From positions 35,898,001 through 35,962,000 of the forward strand of contig OX597824.1 in assembly GCA_951406725.2 (NCBI GenBank): DNA of 64,000 nucleotides, read 5' to 3'. A model generated the notes under the pieces. The model was not told the DNA's origin. It did no database searches and worked only from the letters and a program-made list of their open reading frames with translations. Made by a program: the position numbers and the translations under genes. Within the stretch, counting starts at the first letter, position 1. Every line of letters begins with the position of its first letter. Source of the DNA: Octopus vulgaris. Lineage: Eukaryota. This document shows, piece by piece, positions 25,893 to 38,600 of this stretch.

Positions 25893-27412
25893 CATACATA
25901 CACACTAGCAGAAATACCTGACATTGCCCATGTTAAAGAGAATAATGAAATTTAAAAACACAGTCTAGATTACACACGTCTCAACTGCTAGTAGCTGAGA
26001 TACCGACTTGCTACATTAATAACTCTCCAACCCATACCAGCATGGAATATAAACATTAAGTGAAATGTTAAAAGAAAGTTTTCAACTTACATATGTATAC
26101 AAAGTAAATACATGTAATTCAAAAACACGTTTCGTGTAGCTTATTTCACAACCAAAAAATGGGTATGGATTATAAACAATGCAAAGCCAATTTTGGTGAT
26201 TCATTTGACAGAGGTAGTAGAGAGCCAACCTGGTGATAAATATGACCTTGGATCTTGAAAGTTTACACATACACATATGTATATACACACATATATATAC
26301 ATATGTATATACATACATATATATACATATGTATATACATACATATATATACATATGTATATACATACATATATATACATATGTATATACATACATATAT
26401 ATACATATGTATATACATACATATATATACATATGTATATACATACATATATATACATATGTATATACATACATATATATACATATGTATATACATACAT
26501 ATATATACATGTATATACATACATATATATATATATGTATATACATACATATATATATATGTATATACATACATATATATATGTATGTATATACATACAT
26601 ATATATATATGTATATACATTTATATATATGTATGTATATACATATATATATGTATGTATATACATATGTATATATATGTATGTATATACATGTATATAT
26701 ATGTATGTATATACATATGTATATATATGTATGTATATACATATGTATATATATGTATGTATATACATATGTATATATATGTATGTATATACATATGTAT
26801 ATATATGTATGTATATACATATGTATATATATGTATGTATATACATATGTATATATATGTATGTATATACATATGTATATATATGTATGTATATACATAT
26901 GTATATATATGTATGTATATACATATGTATATATATGTATGTATATACATATGTATATATATGTATATATATACATATGTATATATATGTATGTATATAC
27001 ATATGTATATATATGTGTGTATATACATATGTGTATGTGTAAACTTTCAAGATCCAAGGTCATATTTATCACCAGGTTGGCTCTCTACTACCTCTGTCAA
27101 ATGAATCACCAAAATTGGCTTTGCATTGTTTATAATCCATACCCATTTTTTGGTTGTGAAATAAGCTACACGAAACGTGTTTTTGAATTACATGTATTTA
27201 CTTTGTATACATATGTAAGTTGAAAACTTTCTTTTAACATTTCACTTAATGTTTATATTCCATGCTGGTATGGGTTGGAGAGTTATTAATGTAGCAAGTC
27301 GGTATCTCAGCTACTAGCAGTTGAGACGTATGTAATCTAGACTGTGTTTTTAAATTTCATTATTCTCTTTAACATGGGCAATGTCAGGTATTTCTGCTAG
27401 TGTGTATGTATG

Positions 27413-27450
<38 letters not shown>

Positions 27451-30400
27451 CAAAATAAACAACGGGATATCAAGAGGTGATGCAGTACAACTGTTTCAAG
27501 CGGCTCCAAGGTAAAATAGAAAGAATATTAAATTAGCAAGAGGTAGTAATAATAATAATAATGTTAATGTCAACACTAACTTAAACCTCTACTATGTGAA
27601 TAACAATATTAATGGTGACGTAGAAAATAGAAACAGTGGTACTAATGCTTCTAATATATATAATATAGACTGTAGCTCTGAGATCCATACTAGCACAGGG
27701 ACTACGGATATGCCCAATGATGCTGGGATGATTGTGAATGATACCACAATTGAAGGATGGAGAAATAATGCCAGATATGAAAATAACACATACAATAGTA
27801 GTATTAGGAATTATTATTAATAGTAATATTAACAATAATAATGGTATGAATATCAATAATATTAAAAGTAGTAATTCTTCTAGTTGCAATTTTAGAGTTA
27901 AATCCCACTGTCCGTTATTAGGCTGATGTCTAACCCAAAACGTAACCTATAAGTGTACAATTACAACTGTAGCTGGTAACTTTGTATATATAGGATGTTC
28001 AATAAATATGAAAAAACATATTAATAACCATTTTTCATCTTTTAGGCTCAAACATAAGGCTAATTTTACGTCCTTATCTAACAAGATTTGGGAACTGAAG
28101 GAAAGTGGAATCGAATTTAGCCTTAAATGGGATATTATAAGGAAAGTGCAGTCTTATAGAAATAGTTGATATGGGTGTGAGCTGTGCTCTATGGAAATTT
28201 ATGAAATTTTAAAGTATAGGGACAAGAGCAACCTGGTTAATGATAGATTAGACCTAAGGATATCATACGTACATAGGGTCACCCGTACATTTAAATATTG
28301 AACCTGGATAAGGGAAATTAATTTTAGTGTCGTATATGTGAACTTACCGCCTAGTATTATATATAATATGCTATATATATTTTCTTACTATTCTCTATAA
28401 TTTCTTATTGTGTTTTCTTATTTTGATACCTTTACCTATTAACCTCTTATCTCTTATAAGTTATTAATGTTCTTAAAGAGAAATATAAACTTTCTACTTA
28501 CTTAAGTCTAGAAGAGATGATTATAACATACCTATAATAAAGTACAAATATTTGTGTATATTTGCATGTGTGCACATAGTTAAATATGTGTATGTATCTG
28601 TGCACAACTTATTTTTCTGCTTTTTTTTTCTGATTCTTAGCTTACAATTAATATAAAGATAGAATAATTTATCACCCCAGTATCCCATAAGTAAATACCC
28701 AGAGCAATCTTTATAGAAACCACCTTATAAGTATATAATTAAGTATAGGTATAAATATTAAACTAATTCTATGTAATTTTCCCTTTCTAATGTTGAAAAT
28801 TGGTATATATACACAGTTTATCTATTCTGGTTATAGTATCATTTTTAGTAATCTTAAATTTTATCTTCATACAACATAACAATGTTGTTTATATACAGTC
28901 ATCCATTGTACTCCATGATAATTTCCTCTGTATTAACATCATAGGTTTTAATAGTGTCTTGCCCCTTTAACTGGTAATTAACATCTTGATTTAGGGTTTT
29001 CCCCTACCCAGCCTCCTTTATAGACAGTTACTTATACATTTCCTAAAATCCTGACAATATTTATGACCATACCCAACTATAAACTATCAACTCACTCTGT
29101 CTATCCATTCTAAACAGACACTGTCCTCTAGCTTTAGATTTGGTAGTTGATAAAAATAGACTAATAAATTAAAAATGAACCACAATCCTTTACAAGCTAT
29201 GACCCTACCAAACTTCATACAGTTCTTAGAAGTGTAGTATACTCTGAGCTACATTAGTAGCAACATGGACTTTTCCCCTCTTCTTGCTCTATTAGAGAAT
29301 TAAAGTAAAATTATATTAATGTGTCCAGCTGATTAAAAATGCCATTTATTTATGCAAGTGAGGATAGACCTGCATTTAAATTGATGTAATGATTGCATTG
29401 TTCAATTAAATGGAGCCATTTGAAACGGTCGTACTGCATCACCTCTTGTTATCCTGTTGTTTATTTTGATTTTATTCACCTTACTTTGAGTTGTACATAC
29501 TGCACTGACTTGGTGCTTCATCTTAAGTACCCAATTCAACTGAATCTCAATTATTTCCATATATATATATACACATACATACATACATACATACACACAC
29601 ACAATATGTAATGCAAATGTTTCAAATTTTAGGTTCGTGGAACATTTAAAAAAAAATTTCTTTTCATATCTTTCCTTCTTTTCTATTTCATTCTTATGTA
29701 TAGATTTTGATGCCTACTTTTGCATCTCCTATTTAAATGACTTATTGATATTTTGTTAAGATAATCTTTGATGAAATTGTATTTTCCTATTTCGTAATTC
29801 TTATATATCTAGATGGCAATCCAATTGAAATGGCTTTGAGAGAACGATTCAAGAAGTTAGATTGCAGTTTTGAAAGCTTTAGTGATTTGAAATATGTTGG
29901 CATTCAAACACAAGTGCCACCTACAGATTTTGGGGTTTTACGCAGAGTTGTTCAGGAACAATTGAATAATCGATCGATCAGGTCACCAAGGAAACCAGAG
30001 ATTATATTCAAAGTTCTTAAAGTAAGTTGATTTTACACACCCACACATAAACACACACACACACAAACACGCACACACACACTTTCTCTCTCTCTCTTAC
30101 ATAGTCTGGATATAAAATATATATTGAAATATCCTTGCTATTTGTATTCTTTGCATCCTCTGTTTATGCCTTAAGAATGAGGTTAAGAATTATTAATGAT
30201 GTAATCACACATTCCAACTTGTGACCACCCTTGGCTGGGTATCTATATTTGCTTACATTTGTTGTTTACTGTCAAGCTCATCAGCATCCTCTTTTAATGT
30301 CCATCTTCCATGCTGGCATTGGTTCTCCAAGACAACTACAGAACTATACATGTATATTAAAAAAAATATACATATATGGTGTTTAGTTTACCATGCCATT

Positions 30401-32093
30401 CTCTCTCTCTAGAGAATTACTTCATTTCATTTTCTAAGTCTGATTTAAATGTCTATTCATTCCATTCTCAGACTTTTTGATACTGTTGCAATAAACAAGA
30501 GATGGTTAGTTCTCCCCTTGACAAGGAGAAGAGAAACCATTTGATCTTTCTAATGCATATGGGCATTGCTCTCTACTTCAGAGCAACCTATTTTTACTGG
30601 CAGTGCCCCAGCATGGCCACAGCTTTTGGGCTGAAATGCATAAAAGAATAAAAAACTTATCTCTATATTGAGTACAGTAATTCCTCACCATATCATGGTT
30701 TATTATTTAAGCTTATGTCAAAATTATAAAAATAATACAAAAAATATACAGTACAGTACTGTTTCTATTTTGCAGATTTTCATCTATCGTGGGAGATTTT
30801 GGAATGTAACGCCAGCGATAGTCGAGGGATTACTGTACTTCTTTAAATTATTTAGAGACTTCTTGAATCTTTTGCAGATATTTTTTGCTTTAAATAAATA
30901 CAGAGAATGATGGTTCTTATTTGAGCAGACACTTCATGTATATCTGTCCAGAGTCCTTTCTAAATGTTGTATATTTATGTTCTTAAAAAGGTTTTGAATG
31001 GTAAATTTAGTGGAGAAATAGAAAAACCAGATGCCCTCACATTCCCAGACCAGTACTTCACTTGTACTTCAAAATGTCTTTCTTGTAGGTAAGAACCTTT
31101 TCACGTACATTCTTTTGTCTTCATTCTTTTGTCCATTTATTATTACAACTGGTATCTTTTTTAAGTTGTATTTCATGATATTTTACTTAAGCTGCATTCA
31201 GCAGATTTGTCATATGAGAATATCAGAACTTTTTGAGGTGACTTCTTTTAGTACAAGTTTTACTATTCTCTTTTCAGCACCCGATGTATTCGAAGTATGA
31301 ACCATGAGCTGGATCATTTACCTCATGAGACAGAGAAGGGAAGAAACTGTCAATACCAACATCAATATGAAAACAAGGTTTATTTATGTAAAGTAAGTAC
31401 AGCGATATTAGAAATTGACAATCTTGTTAGTTGAAGAAATAGGGACAAAAGGGTATATATAGCTTCAAATTTTTCTACACACACTTTAGCAAATATATGG
31501 AAAGACATGCAGAACCTCAAAGAACATCTATTATAAGATTGAGTCTTAATTCAAACACAAATTTATGGATTCTTGCACAAAAAGATAAATACTACTTTCT
31601 GATATTTCATGTTATACTTTTGAAGATAAAAGTTTTACAGTTATTTACTCTGTGTGTGTGCGCCATTTGTTTGTATGCATACTTGCATGTAACTATGTAT
31701 GTGTTCATTATCATTAATTTATCATCAATACATGCCCACTTTCCTTGCTGGTATGGATTGGATAGTTTCCAACAATTTGAGTTAGTGTTCAGTTGGAGTT
31801 ACTGCCTTCCTAGACATATTGGAGTGGGGGGAATTTATTTTTTTGATTTGGTTTCTGTTGTATGTTCATTCATTCATTGACCATCTTTCAGATTGTACTG
31901 GGTACATTTTATCCTGAAACTGGTGCTAGAGAGATTGTCATGTCTTCACTAAGACTAGACAGTTGTTAGTAGTTTATTCCTTGGTTTATATGCTTGTGGT
32001 GTATGTGTGTGTATATAAAGATATATGAATAGATAGATGTGTGCGAGCAAATGTCATTGAATAAATATGTGCATATGTATATATATGTGTGTG

Positions 32094-32137
<44 letters not shown>

Positions 32138-32577
32138 AGGCATGTGGAAGAGAGTGTAATTCGGCAGGAGGACTTAAATGATATGCAAAGGTACATGAAG
32201 CCCAGTTACAACTACAGCCGGCTATTACCGGTAAAAGTTTTAGCTGCCAATTCTGTACAAGACATTGTAGATCTTTAATTAGGCTAAAAAGTTACATTCG
32301 ATCACAGCACCAATAATAGTTAAGCTTCATGCAATGGCCATACTCGATAACGAGGGGGCAGCCATCATATATATTTCAATATGTGACTGCGTGTGTATCA
32401 TTGGCGATTTTCTTTCTCCGTCTTCCCTTCTTTGGACTTTTTCTATATTTCTGATGAAGAGCTCCACTCGAAACATGAAATCCCCTTTCTTTTCTTTCCT
32501 TTCCTGAGCGTCCAATAACACAGTACTTATTCCACGTCCTCACGTTGTTGTTTTTCTTGCTTGTTCATGTTTGGATT

Positions 32578-32615
<38 letters not shown>

Positions 32616-35600
32616 TATTTGTTTTTTATTTATTTTCAGCAATGCTATTTCAAAAGTGGTAAAAATATTGTTGTTGTCCCTAAAACCTCTGCATCATCAG
32701 ATAATGCTTGGCTTGGTTTTGCTAAGTATGTTTGGTCAGGGTAAGTTTTTTCTCTAGAAATCAACTTCTTAATTATCTGAATTGTTCATTGTAAAGAAAG
32801 TTACCAATGTTTTATGAAGTGGACAGAAGAACCAGAAAAAGAATAAAAATACCTGTGTAATTAAAATGTTTAATCAGCAAATACTAGGTTTTTGGATCAG
32901 ACCTGCTGTTTTCCATCTTTGTTAAGTCTCTTCTGTTAGAATTTTGGGTTGACCTATGCCTTGTGAGTGAAAATGTTTGATGTTAACTGTGCAGAATACT
33001 GGTGAGAGTATATGCATGCATATACATGCATGCATGAATAAATGTGTGTGTATGTGTATTACAACTCCAGCTAAACTTCATTTACAAAACATCTAGCCAC
33101 ATTTAGAAAATTGGCAATTTGTAAATGGCTGAGTTCCATAGACATGTGTTAGCACTTTTTCTGCCATGGGGGATCTGAAAGAAATGAAATCCTGTTTATT
33201 GGATTGGAGAGAATAATATACTGATAATTAAGTGTTCTGAATATATATATGTGTTTGCAATAAATTTGTCACTGTGTGTCTGTAACTGCTTTTAAACCTC
33301 ATCTGCATCTGATTTTGTTTCAGGTATGTGTTGGAATGCCCAAACTGTGGTATTATTTATCGTAGCCATGAATATTGGTATGGCAATCAGGATATTGAAC
33401 AAGTTGTACAAGTGATGGTCAGTCATATCTGGCCCGGTGTAAGTAGCTTTGTTAATGTAAATATAATCAAATCTCTCCTCTCGGACCACTGAAGTGCTAG
33501 AACTAGCACATATTTTGTCGTATCACAGAAGGACCATTATGCCAATAATAAACATATATATACTGTGCATGTATTTATTATTTGCATAATGACCTTCCGA
33601 AGATACAACAAAATATATTTCAATACACAGGTTCACGCCAAGAGTCTTGGAAACCAAGTACATAAATGAAGCTACCAGATAATTCTTCTCACATCACTCC
33701 CTATAACACCATTGTATTAATACAAGAAAGACATTGGACTGTGTAGTTTTAGGTAGGCTAACACATAAAAGACAGGATGGCCATGACTGGAATGTATTTG
33801 GACATAGATTTACTTACAGCTCTCTTAGGGTTCAACCATTAAGCAAATTTGGTGATGAAAGTAATGGATATCTGGAAAATGTGATGTATGTATATTTTCT
33901 ATTTATCATCATCATTTAACACCCATTTTCCATGCTGGCATGAGTTGGTCAGTTTGACCAGAGCTGGTAAGACTAGGGGCTGCACTAGGCTCCACTGTCT
34001 GTTCTGGCATGGTTTCTATGGCTGGATGCCCATGTTCTGGCATGTTTCTATGGCTAGATGCCCTTCCTAATGCCAACCACTCCACAAAGTGCACAGGGTG
34101 CTTCTTATGTGGCACCAGCACCAATATCAATATCAAGGCTTTCGCAAGCAAAGTTCATTGTCTAATGAATGAGGGGTACTCATAAGTGGGCCGGCTACAC
34201 CCCATGTTCGGATGTGCTTTTAACATTCCACTGGCATGAGTGCCAATCAGGCAGTACTGTCATCAGCCATGTCAGCAATTTTGTTTTTGATATATATATA
34301 TATATATATATCTTTGCATATAATGTGGGAAACTGGCTGAGTTATTAGAGCAGCAGATAGATCCTATTACATTGGACAAATGAAACCCCGAGAACCAGAC
34401 TCACTTGTGATAAGTAACAAATACGAGCTTCTCCTAATACCAGACAGATTCCATTAAGTGAACATTTAGACTTATGTACAACAAACAAATCATCAAAATT
34501 GTTAGTCTTCCCATTTTATCTGTTTTCTTATAAAACCTTATAACTATCAAACTACAAAGAAAATATATTTACTAAAAAGTATAAACCATGACTGAATAAA
34601 CAATAACAACATACTGAACTGATTTGTAGTAGGTTTCTGGCTAGAATTTGAAACCAGACCAGGGCTTATTGTTTCCATTTGGAAAATCTTTAAAAATGTC
34701 CAATCAGTCCTTCTAAATTGAGTAATAATGGTGTCTTCAAAGCAATAACTTTCTTTGGACAAAACATCAAATTGACTGAGTGGCATGAGCAAAAACTTAA
34801 CCAGTGAAATTCCATGAATACATTTGATGGTGCTATGAGGGAATTAGCAACCGAAATTGTTTAGCCCTGACTGTTAAAACAGAATTAAATTATTTTTGAA
34901 ATTTAAGCTTTTCTACTTTTCTTAATGTGTGTGTATTCCTAATGTATCCAGATTGTTTACCCCAGGTAGAATACAAATACACAAATATACTGTGATGATA
35001 ATTCAGTGAGTACCTTGTTTCAATTTTGAAAGCTGAAAAGTGACAGTTTTGAGTTGTTTGGTGAGAAATGTTGGAGAAAGCAAAAAATTGCTTCTCTGTC
35101 TCAAGATGATTATTAAAACGCTTCTTTACAAGTGTATAACCAAACCATGATGTATGTAGTTTTTGATGGAATGAAATGTTGAATAATACCTGTAAAATAA
35201 CACTGACTCCAAGACTCAGAGACCACTGTGGGTTATCCTCAACCATTAATGATTGTCTTAAAATGGGATGGTCTCTACAGATATAATTGTGTTATGATTG
35301 TAAAACAATTCTATTGAAAATTAACATTTACCTTTCATTAGGACCAACGCAACATGCAAGGGGCCCACAACGCTGCTCGAAAATTGCTTGATGGACTTCA
35401 TTATGTTGCTGACACTGTGACTAGTGTTGGTGCTAAACCTACCAAAGTGCTAGCTGACTGGATGACAGACCAAATTGCACCAAGCTATTGGATTCCTAAT
35501 GCACTTATTGCTGTGAGTTCTCTGCCTTTATTTATTGTTTTGATTTGTTTTTAAGTAGAATATTTCTAATTAGTTAATATTCTCTCGTCAGAAGTGTCTT

Positions 35601-38600
35601 CAGCTATAGATTCATGTTGGTGAATATCTTGGCAATTGAATTAAGTAGCTGGAAATTTATGTAGAATCTTGTTTTAATTGTGTGTATGTATGTAGCTTTC
35701 TCCAATGTATATTAGTACAAGATACAAATATTAGCCAGAGACCAAAACTTAAAGTGACACTCACTTGTCACTCTTGTCAGAAATATTGTGACCCACTGAC
35801 TGGGCCGCTTGAAACTACTGTGGCCAAAATTGATCACTAATTGTAGTATATAATAATTGTACGTCATACTGTTTCTTCATGACCAGAAAATTCGTCATAA
35901 GAAATTTCACTGTACAGAAAAAAAAAAAAAAAGCAAAAGTTTTTATAAGAAGCATTAAATAGCCAAGTCTTTATTCAATGTCTGACATTAAAAAAATGTG
36001 ATGAAATCATTTAAAACAAAATTTCTTATGGCAAATTTTCGTATGGTAAAATTGTTTACAGCAAAATTTCCTATAACCAGTCATATACAAATTCAATTTA
36101 TCTACGTTTCCTTATTAATTGGTTACCTTATTCCAATACAAGGAATCAATATTCCATTCTGTATCAAATGCTGCGGAACATGACTTGGCTTCTATTTATG
36201 GTTCAAGCTTTGCTTACACCACTGATGTTTATTAGGGAAGCATGATTGTCACAGCATCTCATTTCTCTTCCTCTAAATGTAGGTCTTTTAAGGAATCTTA
36301 ATGCTGATTTAAAATATGCTTAGTTTTCCAAATGGCCAACTTTTTTTTGTCGTTTTTACTAAATACCATGGTGATGATGAATAATTGTCTTTTGACTCTT
36401 CAGCTTTTCTATATTGTCTGCTGTGTGCTAATATAAATTGCTTTGTGTTTCAGCACTGTACAAATTGTGAGAAATTATTTGAAGGGAATGAGCAGAAGCA
36501 TCATTGCCGAGCTTGTGGGAAAGGCTTTTGTGATAGCTGCTCAAGTCACAAGGACCCTGTACCTGAACGAGGCTGGGGAGATACATTAGTGAGAACCTGT
36601 GATAAATGTCATCTAGAAAGAAATAATGGTAAATATTCTCTGATAATTTCTATAAAAGTGATTTAGATATTGAATTTTAATGTCCTTTGACATTAACAAT
36701 GGCTAGTTAGATTACATTAATGATGATTTCTTCTTGGTTTTTTGTTTAACATCTCCTGCATTTGTTTTCCCACTGCGTGGCACCTTGGGCAAGTGTCTTC
36801 TACTATAGCCTTGGGCTGACCAAAGCCTTGTGAGTGGATTTGGTAGATGGAAACTGAAAGAAGCCCGTCGTATATATGTAAATGTGTTTGTGTGTCTGTG
36901 TTTGGCCACCCCCAACATCGCTTGACAACCGATGCTGTTGTGTTTATGTCCCTGTAACTTAGCGGTTTGGCAAAAGAGACCGATAGAATAAGTACTAGGC
37001 TTACAAAGAATAAGTCCTGGGGTCGATTTGCTTGACTAAATGCGGTACTCCAGCATGGCCACAGTCAAATGACTGAAACAAGTAAAAGAGAGTAAAAAAA
37101 GAAAGAGATTGACTATGATCAGGATCTTTAATTTTACACATCTCAGTTTACTTGTAAGAAATGGGCACCATATCTTCTGAGAAAGGGACTCAAGATAGAT
37201 CAATATTCAGTTAGAGATTTATCCTCTGCTTAATAAGATCTGCTATAGACACTAGCAGATCTCATCTATTAAAGAAACTAGCATCTTGTGTTTACACTGT
37301 GGAATTGTTATTTAAGAAACATGATGCAGTACCATGGTTGTTTCAGAGTTTTTCACAATGGTGTCTTGATTTATACAAATGCATTACTTAATCTGAAACA
37401 CCACATGCCTTTGATCCTCTCATTGTAAAACATTGGCAAACACCTTAAATTTATTTTATTACATTCATCTGATAAATTATTTCACTTTCAGCCATGTGAT
37501 TGATCCCTATTTCCCATTTTCAGCAATATTTCCTGACCTATCTTTTAGCTTTTATAGCTTTATCTGCTCTCCCTTTCCACTTATATGTCACCTTGCTCCA
37601 ACTGCATATCAGATCTTTGGCTCACAAACCAACATTCTTTTCATCTTATTCCAATTTGCTCAGGCTTTGATTGTCATGTCTCATATGGAAATCAATATCT
37701 TGAAGATTGTCAGTTGGCAAAGATATGCATTCAGTTTTGGTGTTTTGTAGCCTACATTTGTTGATAGCTGAGCTTTCTGTTTTTGTATAGAAGGCACTTG
37801 GTGGAGCTTTCTTGCTCCTAGATTGCATGAAAGTAACTGTCAAGGTCTGATGTTTTAAGGTTATCAGTACTCAGGTGTGGTTTATTCCCTCTATTTCTTA
37901 TGTTTTTCATTTCACTACCTAAACACAACCTTCTCAGTGAACTGGTATATTTTTTTAAAAAATTGTGTTTGGCAATATTTTTCAATACTTCATGGAAGGA
38001 GTTCAGCGTCAGTTTGTATTTGAAGTTCCTTGATTTTCCTTATGACGTTTTTATCTTTGTGTCCTGGTTGCAATCTCTTCAATATTCAATTTATTGAATC
38101 TCAGTTTCAAGTTACTGCTTATTTTCTTTTCAGTTACCAATCACAAACCATCAACAAGTCCATCTCACTCAACACCAGTGACCGCACGTAAAGTTGGTGA
38201 AGTTTTGGGAAGTACTATTGGAGCAGTAGCTTCCATTGTTGATTATCCGTTAGGTAAGAGTAATCTGCATATTTTGGTTATCCAATGTTTTTTTAGTTAG
38301 CAAAAATGTTTTGTAGAATTATTGTAGCAACTTCATTCTCTTTTAATTGTAGAGTCTTTAGCAGTACCAAACTTTTATTTATTTAATTCTTTCAAAAACA
38401 CTAATCTCTTATTCTATAAATGTTTAACATTTAGCATTTAAACTGGCCACATCTGGCCCAAAATATTCTACCTGTTTTATATTCAAAATAAGCAGATGTA
38501 CCCTCTCACACCTATCCTACAATGTCATTCTAAAAATAAACAATCACATTGTCAAAACCTCAAACCTACAAACTAATGCATGATTTATTCAAAGCAATGT

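Larger units (their letters stand above)
27447..29560 (+). mobile_element. Penelope-like element remnant: inverted partial pLTR, Asn-rich linker, GIY-YIG endonuclease, long 3' region with hammerhead motif
   Basis: 27447-27509 is an inverted copy of ~29411-29472; endonuclease pseudo-ORF at 27885-28301; hammerhead-like motif at 29326-29436; ends in (TA)n. Confidence 0.82.

Noticed and set aside
26082-27223. Long 270-322 aa ORFs on both strands (also 2107-2554, 25237-25924, 60252-61175)
   Set aside because: They are translations of stop-free TA/CATA microsatellites (Y/I/H/M/C/V repeats), and their symmetry reflects the palindrome.
27924-28169. In-frame TGA codons in the GIY-YIG domains as selenocysteine
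   Set aside because: The TGAs (27924, 28167, and 59340 on minus) fall at non-Cys positions, one at an expected Arg, which fits ordinary decay such as CGA to TGA; no SECIS was recognised.
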